Assembly (NCBI GenBank): GCA_028713935.1
Contig: JAQTNI010000040.1
Location: 1 to 12,153 of the forward strand
From: Candidatus Iainarchaeum sp.
GTDB taxonomy: Archaea > Iainarchaeota > Iainarchaeia > Iainarchaeales > GCA-2688035
Length of the DNA: 12,153 nt
Direction: 5' to 3'
The translations under genes and the position numbers were made by a program. Positions 1 through 6,621 of this stretch are shown piece by piece (the stretch's first letter is position 1; each line of letters begins with the position of its first letter). The notes beneath the pieces are model-generated. The model made no database searches and was not told the origin of the DNA. It worked only from the letters and a program-made list of their open reading frames with translations.

Positions 1-1
1 A

Positions 2-799
2 AAAGCGATAAGGGGATGCGATTATGTTTTCAATATATCAGGTGTTTTGCGCCCAAAAAAAAACATCAGGGAATACTGGGACGTAAATTCGGAGGGCGCA
101 AAAAATGTTGCAGCGGCCTGTTTTGAGGAAAAAACAAAACAATTGATTCACTGCAGCACTGTTTATGTCCTTGGCCTGCCAAAAAAACTCCCAGCCGATG
201 AATCAACAGAGCCGAATCCTTTTACAGCGTATGATAAAAGCAAGCTTGCAGGCGAAAATTCTGCCATTGAAACAGGCAAAAAAGGCCTGAATGTAACAGT
301 AATAAGGCCGGGTGTTGTGTATGGCCCGGGAGACACATCAAATTATCTCAAGGTGTTCAAAATTGTTGAATCCGGTTTTTTTCCGCTTATAGGCTCTGGA
401 AAAAATATTTTTCAGCTGGTTTTTATTGAAAATCTTTTGGACGCCTTTGAGATTGTCATGGGAAACAAAAAGGCATTTGGAAAAGTATTCATTGTTGCCG
501 ATGAAAAAATGCTTATGAGGGATTTTTTGGAAAAAATGTCAAAAATAATGGGAAAAAAACTGAAAATAATTGTCCTTCCCTACTGGCCAATGTTTTTGGC
601 GGGATATTTTTTTGACTGCTTGTCCTTTTTTTCAATAAAGGAGCTTCCTCTGAGCAGAAGCCGGGTTTCTTTTCTTTCAAAGGATTTTTATTACAGCACA
701 AAAAAAATCAGGGCATTGGGCTGGACACAAAAAACCAGCCTTGAAGAAGGCCTTGAGAAAACAATCAAATGGTATAAACAACACAATCTGCTCGGCTGA
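2..799 (+). CDS. NAD(P)-dependent epimerase/dehydratase (extended SDR, 3beta-HSD-like), 5' end cut by the window edge
   Basis: The frame is open from base 2, so the track's TTG at 47 is probably internal. It shows a HCSTVYVLG serine/threonine segment, the YDKSK (YxxxK) catalytic motif, IRPGVVYGPG, and a C-terminal KKIRALGW...EGLEKTIKWY tail typical of this family. The N-terminal Rossmann GxxGxxG lies upstream of the window. Confidence 0.8.
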   Translation, partial: KAIRGCDYVFNISGVLRPKKNIREYWDVNSEGAKNVAAACFEEKTKQLIHCSTVYVLGLPKKLPADESTEPNPFTAYDKSKLAGENSAIETGKKGLNVTVIRPGVVYGPGDTSNYLKVFKIVESGFFPLIGSGKNIFQLVFIENLLDAFEIVMGNKKAFGKVFIVADEKMLMRDFLEKMSKIMGKKLKIIVLPYWPMFLAGYFFDCLSFFSIKELPLSRSRVSFLSKDFYYSTKKIRALGWTQKTSLEEGLEKTIKWYKQHNLLG

Positions 800-810
800 T
801 TTTTGTTTTG
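800..810 (+). terminator. oligo-T tract (TTTTTGTTTTG) immediately after the SDR stop codon, in a 36-nt convergent spacer
   Basis: The TGA at 797-799 is followed directly by T5-G-T4. Oligo-T tracts act as archaeal termination signals. I saw no strong hairpin here. Confidence 0.3.
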
Positions 811-835
811 AAAATGCAATCCGGCTTGGCAAAAT

Positions 836-2362
836 TCAGTGCCTGCAGAAGCCCCTGAATTTTTCAGGAAGATAAAAAACACGCACAGAACTTTCCTTGA
901 AGCATTTTTTTACTGCTTCAAACTTTTTCCCGCCTTTTGGAACAATGCCGTACCCGCAACCCGCCCCGATTAATTGCAGCGCCGCATCAGTGAACGGAAA
1001 AAAAGCGTCTGCGGCAAAGGCTGAGCCTTTCAATAAATGGCAATTTTTTTCAGCCCTGTCAATTGCAGTGAAACAGGAGTCAAAAGTTGAAGGGCCGCCG
1101 CCAATGCCAAGCAATTTCCTGTTTTTTGCTATTGCAACCTCATTTCCGCCATGGCTTGAAGACCAGGCAGTTGCCCAGGCAATTATCAATGAATCCAGTG
1201 CATTTTTGCCGGGCAAACCAAAGTCTGTCTCAGTTTCTTCAAAATTTAGGACATAATTTCCAGGAGGCTGCCTGAGAAAACCGCCCCTGACCTGCCTGTA
1301 TGCAAAGTTTTTTTCAAGAAAAGGCTTTTCCAAAGCCGGGCTTGAAAATAATTTTCTTTCAGGGCGCTTTCCCAATATTTGAACCGCCTCTTTGTCAAAC
1401 CCTGGCGCTGCAACAACATCAAGCATCCAGCCGGAATTTTCAAAAAGGCTTTGCCTTTTTTTGCTTTGATAAAGCTTTTCAGCAAGCCTTTTGTTGATAT
1501 AAAAATTTGCAACCAATTCCCCTCCCCAGACAGCCCTTGGGTTTCCCCATAACGCATTTTCAATCGCGCTTTCTTTTGAGTCCCAACTTACTGCAAAACC
1601 ACAAGGATTCCCGTGCTTCGCCGCAATTACAATGTTTGGAGTTTTCTTATAACGCAGATAAAAGGCATTTTGAGCCAGGCAAAAAGTTTTTAATATTGAA
1701 TCAAAATCAGCAATGTTTGTAAAACAGGGCGCAACACCGCTTTCCTGCCTGAAATTCCCGATTGCAAGGGAATCGCCGGAATTCAAATGAAAAAGCTCTG
1801 CGGGTGACTGATAGGGATTTTCTCCTTCGGCAAGTTTGATTATTTTTACTTGCCCCGCATGATTCAAGTCAAGAGCGGAAAAACATGCGTTAAAATGGCA
1901 GGCAATTTTTAAAAAAGCCTTTTCTATGAGTTCCTGCCTCAAAGAAGAATCAATTTCATTATTGTTCTTCCCGAGTTCGGAAATCACCATTGCCATGTCT
2001 TCCTTGTTTGACACCACAATTTTTTTTCCCTTTGCGGCAAGCCCAAGCAATGTGTGGCCTCCGACATCATTTCCATGCGATAGGGGATAGGTTATTACAT
2101 AAACAAGGCCTATTGATTCTTTTTCATTTGTTGCCAGCGCCAGTTCCATTTTGGGGTGCAGTGTCGGAGGAAAAGGATATTTGCCTGCAAATCCCAAAAA
2201 TTCCGATATGTCAACTGCTTTCACCCCGTTCTTATTTAACAGGCCTGATGTTTCTCCGGTTGCAATTATTTCCCAGCCAAGCCTTTCAAGTTCTTTTGCA
2301 AACAAAATGCACTTTTCAGTGTCAAACAGCGAAAAAAATGCCTTTTTTTTTCCCGAACCCAT
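836..2362 (-). CDS. purH: Divergent PurH-like protein (MGS-like/IMP cyclohydrolase-like N-domain plus AICAR formyltransferase-like C-domain)
   Basis: Motifs are collinear with E. coli PurH as I recall it. ATGET matches STGGT, TLHPK is present, ITYPL matches NLYPF, NDVGG matches IDIGG, and AAKGK matches AAKNH. In the C-domain, LAEGENPYQ matches MRYGENSHQ, FTNIAD matches SYNNIAD, and AAKHGNPCG matches VKHANPCG (KH codons at 1613-1618). WGGELVAN matches FGGIIAFN, GIGGGPSTFDS matches GIGAGQMSRVYS, AADAFFPFTD matches ASDAFFPFRD, and the protein ends in CRH versus FRH. The track start at 2368 is a TTG, so I prefer the ATG at 2362 (MGSGKKK). Confidence 0.75.
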   Translation of the reverse strand: MGSGKKKAFFSLFDTEKCILFAKELERLGWEIIATGETSGLLNKNGVKAVDISEFLGFAGKYPFPPTLHPKMELALATNEKESIGLVYVITYPLSHGNDVGGHTLLGLAAKGKKIVVSNKEDMAMVISELGKNNNEIDSSLRQELIEKAFLKIACHFNACFSALDLNHAGQVKIIKLAEGENPYQSPAELFHLNSGDSLAIGNFRQESGVAPCFTNIADFDSILKTFCLAQNAFYLRYKKTPNIVIAAKHGNPCGFAVSWDSKESAIENALWGNPRAVWGGELVANFYINKRLAEKLYQSKKRQSLFENSGWMLDVVAAPGFDKEAVQILGKRPERKLFSSPALEKPFLEKNFAYRQVRGGFLRQPPGNYVLNFEETETDFGLPGKNALDSLIIAWATAWSSSHGGNEVAIAKNRKLLGIGGGPSTFDSCFTAIDRAEKNCHLLKGSAFAADAFFPFTDAALQLIGAGCGYGIVPKGGKKFEAVKKCFKESSVRVFYLPEKFRGFCRH

Positions 2363-2371
2363 ATGCAAACC

Positions 2372-3508
2372 CTAAAACATTTTTGCCACTGCGCCGGAAA
2401 TGGCGAGGTTTCTGTAAAGAACAAAACCCGCAATGTTCAATGCAATAAACAGGATAATAAAAATCATTAAAAAAATTTTTTCCTGTGCCGGAAAATGCCT
2501 TTTCAAAAATAACTGGGTTCCAAGCAAGCCGAATGGTATTGCAATGGGAAAAAGCATGAAAACCAGCCTGTCATAAACAGTCAGATACATTAAAATCGGC
2601 AGCAGGCCGACTGCAGCCATGCAGATTGGCAGGGCGATTTCTTTTTTGTTGCGTGCTTTTGCCAGGAAGGCATAAAGGAAACCCGGAATAAGGATTGTAA
2701 ACGAAACAAGGAATGCAATCAAAAACCTCGGCAGTGTGAACATGGGCTTTACTATCAGGTCGCTTGTCAATTGGAAATGCACATAATCAATATAAGTGTA
2801 ATTCAGCGAAAAAAACACTAGTGCCTGTGCAATCAATGTAGGGACAAGAAATACTGCGAGAAGGGCGGCTGCAAACACAATTCTGCCAAGGGAACCGCTT
2901 TTAAAGAAATTAAAACTTCTGGAATTTTTTGAGAACAAAACCAGCATCAAAAGCAAAACTATTCCGATTCCGGCGCTTTCCTTCATCAGAACCCCAAGGC
3001 CAAAAATTAGGGCGCTTGCAAAAGCCAGTTTTTTTGATTCTGGATGCTTTTTATAATAAAAAAGCGCAACCAGAATGCCAAGGGCATAAAAAAAATATGT
3101 TCCCGCTTCTGTAAGCAAAGTGAGGGAAAACTGGATTGCAATGGCTGAAGAAAAAAACAAAATTCCTGAAAAAAGTGACAGGGCCCTGTCTTCAAACAAA
3201 AGCAGTGTGATTCCATACACACACAAGCCAGCTGACAGGAAAAAAATAACATTCAAAAAATAAAACCATTTTTCCAGTGGAATCGGCTCAAGGCTGTTAA
3301 GGGCAAGCTGCAGCGGCCTCAAAAACCTGCCCCTAAGGTTCATTTCCTCGTCCTCGGGGCTAAAAGCGGCTTTTCCCTGCAGTATTCTTGTCGCTTTCAA
3401 ATAATTTTTTGTGTCAAAATAGTCCTTGTTGATTCCGTAAACCACAGTAACTACAAGGGCAATTATAAGCCCGAACGCCAAAAGAAAAAAAACAGTACGG
3501 GAATCCAT
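2372..3508 (-). CDS. Polytopic membrane protein, short PMT_2/ArnT-like GT-C glycosyltransferase candidate (a Wzy-like polymerase role is not excluded)
   Basis: About 10 hydrophobic helices. After TM1 there is a roughly 60-aa loop with an acidic EDEE motif (about 3344-3355) followed by RPLQLAL. The central segment LFEDRALSLFSGILFFSS...GLGVLMKESAGIGIVLLL resembles the PMT_2 core. The track start at 3529 is a TTG, so I prefer the ATG at 3508 (MDSRTVFF). The stop at 2372-2374 lies only 9 nt from the PurH-like ATG. Confidence 0.5.
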   Translation of the reverse strand: MDSRTVFFLLAFGLIIALVVTVVYGINKDYFDTKNYLKATRILQGKAAFSPEDEEMNLRGRFLRPLQLALNSLEPIPLEKWFYFLNVIFFLSAGLCVYGITLLLFEDRALSLFSGILFFSSAIAIQFSLTLLTEAGTYFFYALGILVALFYYKKHPESKKLAFASALIFGLGVLMKESAGIGIVLLLMLVLFSKNSRSFNFFKSGSLGRIVFAAALLAVFLVPTLIAQALVFFSLNYTYIDYVHFQLTSDLIVKPMFTLPRFLIAFLVSFTILIPGFLYAFLAKARNKKEIALPICMAAVGLLPILMYLTVYDRLVFMLFPIAIPFGLLGTQLFLKRHFPAQEKIFLMIFIILFIALNIAGFVLYRNLAISGAVAKMF

Positions 3509-3539
3509 AGCATCGCCAGATTGAATCAAAAGAGAGTAG

Positions 3540-3553
3540 AAATATATAAAAAC
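3540..3553. promoter_or_regulatory. TATA-like box (AAATATATAAAAAC) in the divergent spacer between the GT-C-like gene and the GT2 gene
   Basis: This is the only strong A/T box between the divergent starts. It lies about 40 nt from the ATG at 3508 on the minus strand. On the plus strand it lies about 35-45 nt from the candidate GTG starts at 3582 and 3591. It is near-palindromic, so it could work in both directions. Confidence 0.3.
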
Positions 3554-3557
3554 TTAA

Positions 3558-4286
3558 ATGTGCCAACTCGTATGGTTTGGAGTGTTTTTTGTGCCAAAGG
3601 GAATTTCGATTGTATTGCCTGCATACAATGAAGCCAAAAAAATCAGGAATGCATTGAAGGCAATCAGGAATTTTCTGAAGAAAGAAGGATTTAAAAATTA
3701 TGAAATAATTCTGGTGGATGACGGAAGCAGGGACAACACAGCCGAAATAGCCAGAAAACAGGGCGCAAAAGTCCTAGTGAACAAGCCCAACAGGGGAAAG
3801 GGCTTCTCTGTTAGCCGCGGAATTCTTGCCGCCTCAAAAGAGCTTGTCCTGTTTACTGACACTGACTTGAGCACGCCGCTTGGGTTTCTAAAAGAAATGC
3901 TAAAATTTATTCCTGAATACGACGTAATCATTGCCTCGCGGAATCTTCCCGGAAGCAATATCAAAATAGAGCAGCCGGCTTCCCGGAAGGTGCTTGGAAA
4001 AATTTTTGCCAAGTTTGTCTCCTTGCTGTTCATGATGGACATAAAGGACACGCAGTGCGGCTTCAAGCTGTTCAAAACAGAGAAGGCAAAAAAAATCTTT
4101 TCAAAAATCACTACCGAAAGATGGGCATTTGATGTTGAAGTCCTTGTTCTGGCAAAAAAGCACCACTGCAAAATAAAAGAAATCCCTGTCGACTGGTATA
4201 ACAGCATAGACAGCAGGCTAAAGCTGAAGAGCACCCTGGGAATGCTTGCAGATGTCCTAAAAATAAAGTTGAAATATCCGTTCTAG
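3558..4286 (+). CDS. GT2 family glycosyltransferase, dolichyl/polyprenyl-phosphate beta-glucosyltransferase (ALG5)-like
   Basis: SIVLPAYNE N-terminus, ILVDDGSRDNT, FTDTDLS (DxD), DTQCGFKLF and ERWAFDVEVL...IKEIPVDW match the ALG5 / Dol-P-Glc synthase signature. The true start may be the GTG at 3591 (VPKGISIVLPAYNE), which has GGAG 8 nt upstream. The ATG at 3558 would add an 11-aa Phe-rich extension. Confidence 0.85.
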   Translation: MCQLVWFGVFFVPKGISIVLPAYNEAKKIRNALKAIRNFLKKEGFKNYEIILVDDGSRDNTAEIARKQGAKVLVNKPNRGKGFSVSRGILAASKELVLFTDTDLSTPLGFLKEMLKFIPEYDVIIASRNLPGSNIKIEQPASRKVLGKIFAKFVSLLFMMDIKDTQCGFKLFKTEKAKKIFSKITTERWAFDVEVLVLAKKHHCKIKEIPVDWYNSIDSRLKLKSTLGMLADVLKIKLKYPF

Positions 4287-4295
4287 AGGATGCCC

Positions 4296-5030
4296 ATGGA
4301 AAAATATGAAATCATTAAAATGAGCGAGTTTGAAGACTGGAACTGGTGGTTTGTTTCAAGGCGCGCCATGATGCTCAAGATGATTCCAAAAAATGCAAAA
4401 ACAGTTTTTGAAATAGGGGCGGGAACCGGAAAAAACCTTGAGGTTCTGAAAAACTCTGGTTTTTCTGTCGAAGGCCTTGATGTCAGCCAGGTGTGCGTGG
4501 ACATTGCAAAAAAAAAAGGAATTCGCCTGCACAAAATTGGAATTGAAAATTTCGATTTCAGGAAAAAATACGACCTGATTTTAATGATGGATTTCCTGGA
4601 ACATATTGAAAACGACGGGAAGGCGCTTGAAAAAGCCGCGGGGGCAATTGCAAAAAACGGGCATTTGCTGGTTACTGTTCCGGCTTTCCAACTGCTTTTT
4701 GGGGTTCATGACAAAGTGCACCATCACTTTAGGAGATACTCGATGCGGGAACTAGAAAGGCTTCTTGAATCCGCAGGATTTGAAATAGAATTCATTTCAT
4801 ATTGGAACGCGCTTCTGTTTGTGCCTTCGGCATTTGTGAAAATTATAAACAAAAATACAAAAAAAAACTGGAAAAAAAGGCAGGAATCCAACCTTACAAA
4901 ATTGCCAGGGTTTTTCAACTCGGCTTTAATAACTGCCTTAAAGCTTGAAAATTTTTTGGTTGGCAGAAAAGCCAGGCTGCCATTCGGCACAAGCATTGTC
5001 TGCCTTGCAAAAGCCAGGCCTCAAAAGTAA
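4296..5030 (+). CDS. Class I SAM-dependent methyltransferase
   Basis: Motif I is VFEIGAGTGKN, followed by an acidic post-I GLDVS. The LILMMDFLEHIEN, LLVTVP and HHHFRRYSMRELERLLESAGF segments are typical of the Methyltransf_11/23 types found next to glycosyltransferases. GAGGA at 4286-4290 sits 5 nt before the ATG at 4296. The ATG at 4290 in the track is also possible. The gene begins 3-9 nt after the GT2 stop. Confidence 0.85.
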   Translation: MEKYEIIKMSEFEDWNWWFVSRRAMMLKMIPKNAKTVFEIGAGTGKNLEVLKNSGFSVEGLDVSQVCVDIAKKKGIRLHKIGIENFDFRKKYDLILMMDFLEHIENDGKALEKAAGAIAKNGHLLVTVPAFQLLFGVHDKVHHHFRRYSMRELERLLESAGFEIEFISYWNALLFVPSAFVKIINKNTKKNWKKRQESNLTKLPGFFNSALITALKLENFLVGRKARLPFGTSIVCLAKARPQK

Positions 5031-5036
5031 CTGCAG

Positions 5037-5051
5037 GCCGCATCCTGCGGC
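5037..5051. terminator. Small GC-rich hairpin (GCCGCA-tcc-TGCGGC) in the 32-nt convergent spacer
   Basis: A perfect 6-bp stem with a 3-nt loop, read directly from the sequence. A T6 run follows at 5065-5070, about 14 nt downstream, which is too far for a canonical intrinsic terminator. The function is therefore uncertain. Confidence 0.25.
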
Positions 5052-5062
5052 AAACAGGCTTG

Positions 5063-6610
5063 TTATTTTTTCAAAAAAAGGGAAACAAAAAACACGCTGG
5101 CCATTGAAGCAAAAGTTTTCTTTTTTTCATAAACCATGAAAATGCTTTTCCCTTTTTTTCCGATAATCCTGAAGCCATTTTTAAGGTAAATGTGCTCAGC
5201 TGCCTTGTTGCTTACAGAGAGAAAAATAAAATCGGGGTTTTTTTCTTCAAAAAATTTTTTAACCAGTGAACTTCCAATTCCTTTTCCCTGAAAACCCGGC
5301 TTTACTGCAAGGAAAAAGAAAGGCAGGCCTCTTCGGCTGACAATGCCTGCAGCGCCAATTGTTTTTCCATTCTGCTTTTCCTCAAGCAAAAAGGAAATTC
5401 TCTGCTTTTTAGGGTTGTTTGTTGCCAATGCAACCAGGCCATTCAAATCGCTTTTAAGGGAGGCTTTTTTCACTGTTTCAACAATTTTTTTCATTTCATT
5501 TGCTGAAAGCGAAGAATAAAAAGGAATGTCAAGGACTTTTTCTCCGGCAAAAAAAGCATTTGGCGCTTTTTCCTTTTCAGCAAGGGAATAGGAAAAACTG
5601 AATCCCAAATCAAGGCCTTCTGCCCTGCAGGCTTCGTAAAAAAAAATTTTATCCGAAGAAGGAACAATTATCGGAAACCTGATTAGGACGGAATTTTCAA
5701 GGGATTCTTTTTTTGGAATCCAAAGATTTTCAATTTTTGAAAGCTGGCCGTGAAAAAACAGGGCAAGCTTTTTCCTTTTTTCAATTGTCCTTTTTATCCT
5801 TGAAAGCTGAACCAGGCCAAGCCTTGCCTGAAAATCTGAAAATTTTTTATTATACTCGGGAGAAAGCTGCCTGCTTACCCTGCCTTTGTCCGCAAAAAGG
5901 GAATTTTTTGTAAGAAGAGGCAGAGTGAAAATTGAATAAACAGGGGGAGAGGCAAAAAAATTATAGAAAGAAACAAAAAAAAACCGCTTAATGAAAGAGC
6001 CCAAAGAATCATTTTTCAAGGCAGGAACTGACTTCAAAACCTTTTCATAAAGGGAAATATCATTGAAAACAATTGCGCCGCCCCTTGCACATGTAAGGGT
6101 TTTTGTGTAATCAAAGCTGAGTATCGAAGCGCTCCCAAAAGTTCCTGCTGGTTTTGTCCCAATCCTTGTGCCAAAGGCGGCCGCGGAGTCCTCCAAAAGA
6201 AGGCAGTTGTTTTTCTCGCAGACCTTTTTTATTGCATGTATGTCGCAGGGAATCCCGAACTGATGTGTGGCAAGGACAATTGAATCCTTTTCAATTTTTT
6301 TTTCGAGGATTTTTGAGTCAAAAGAAAAAGTTTCGGGATTGATGTCAAGCTCAATGCACTGTTTGCCGGCAAACAGCACTGCTTCCTTTACAACAACGCA
6401 GGTATAGGCGGGAATGAAAACCTTTTTCTGCGGCAGTGCCTTGAGCAGGAAAAAAATCGCGGCTCTCCCGCTTCCGAAAAATAAAACCTCTTTGCACGAA
6501 AAAAAAGATTTTAATTGAAGCGAAAATTTTTCTGACGGCCTTGGAGGAAATGGCAAAATTGCCTTCAAAGAATCAAGAAGACCGGTTTCAAGCCTTATCC
6601 TGGAAATCAT
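5063..6610 (-). CDS. Fusion protein: DegT/DnrJ/EryC1/StrS-family PLP sugar aminotransferase (about aa 1-385) plus small GNAT N-acetyltransferase domain (about aa 390-500)
   Basis: The aminotransferase part shows FGSGRAAI, IPAYTCVVV, ATHQFGIPCD, LLEDSAAAFG and SFDYTKTLTCARGGAIV. The PLP lysine codon is at 6101-6103. The GNAT part shows motif A FLAVKPGFQGKGIGSSLVKKF (about 5245-5313) and motif B NKAAEHIYLKNGFRIIG. It is one uninterrupted 515-codon ORF. Confidence 0.85.
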   Translation of the reverse strand: MISRIRLETGLLDSLKAILPFPPRPSEKFSLQLKSFFSCKEVLFFGSGRAAIFFLLKALPQKKVFIPAYTCVVVKEAVLFAGKQCIELDINPETFSFDSKILEKKIEKDSIVLATHQFGIPCDIHAIKKVCEKNNCLLLEDSAAAFGTRIGTKPAGTFGSASILSFDYTKTLTCARGGAIVFNDISLYEKVLKSVPALKNDSLGSFIKRFFFVSFYNFFASPPVYSIFTLPLLTKNSLFADKGRVSRQLSPEYNKKFSDFQARLGLVQLSRIKRTIEKRKKLALFFHGQLSKIENLWIPKKESLENSVLIRFPIIVPSSDKIFFYEACRAEGLDLGFSFSYSLAEKEKAPNAFFAGEKVLDIPFYSSLSANEMKKIVETVKKASLKSDLNGLVALATNNPKKQRISFLLEEKQNGKTIGAAGIVSRRGLPFFFLAVKPGFQGKGIGSSLVKKFFEEKNPDFIFLSVSNKAAEHIYLKNGFRIIGKKGKSIFMVYEKKKTFASMASVFFVSLFLKK

Positions 6611-6621
6611 TATTTTTCACA

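Noticed and set aside
897-2448. Several plus-strand ORFs (897-1256, 1087-1275, 1300-1497, 1507-1722, 1990-2448, 2151-2375) opposite the PurH-like gene
   Set aside because: All overlap the well-supported minus-strand PurH-like CDS. They are Pro/Phe/Gln-rich nonsense-like sequences without motifs or plausible start contexts.
3007-3252. An 81-aa same-strand alternate-frame ORF, and a 61-aa plus-strand ORF at 2929-3114, within the short GT-C-like gene
   Set aside because: They are nested in a longer ORF with a coherent multi-helix hydrophobic pattern. They have a Cys/Phe-rich composition and no start signal.
3698-4234. A 178-aa ORF antisense to the GT2 gene
   Set aside because: It lies entirely inside a gene with strong GT2/ALG5 motifs on the other strand. 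Its translation is low-complexity (Ser/Phe/Leu-rich) with no recognisable motif. Such shadow ORFs are expected opposite AT-rich coding sequence.
5037-5071. Reading the GCCGCA/TGCGGC hairpin plus the downstream T-run as a bacterial intrinsic terminator
   Set aside because: The T-run starts about 14 nt after the stem and lies inside the stop region of the convergent gene, so the geometry is not canonical. I kept it only as a low-confidence feature.
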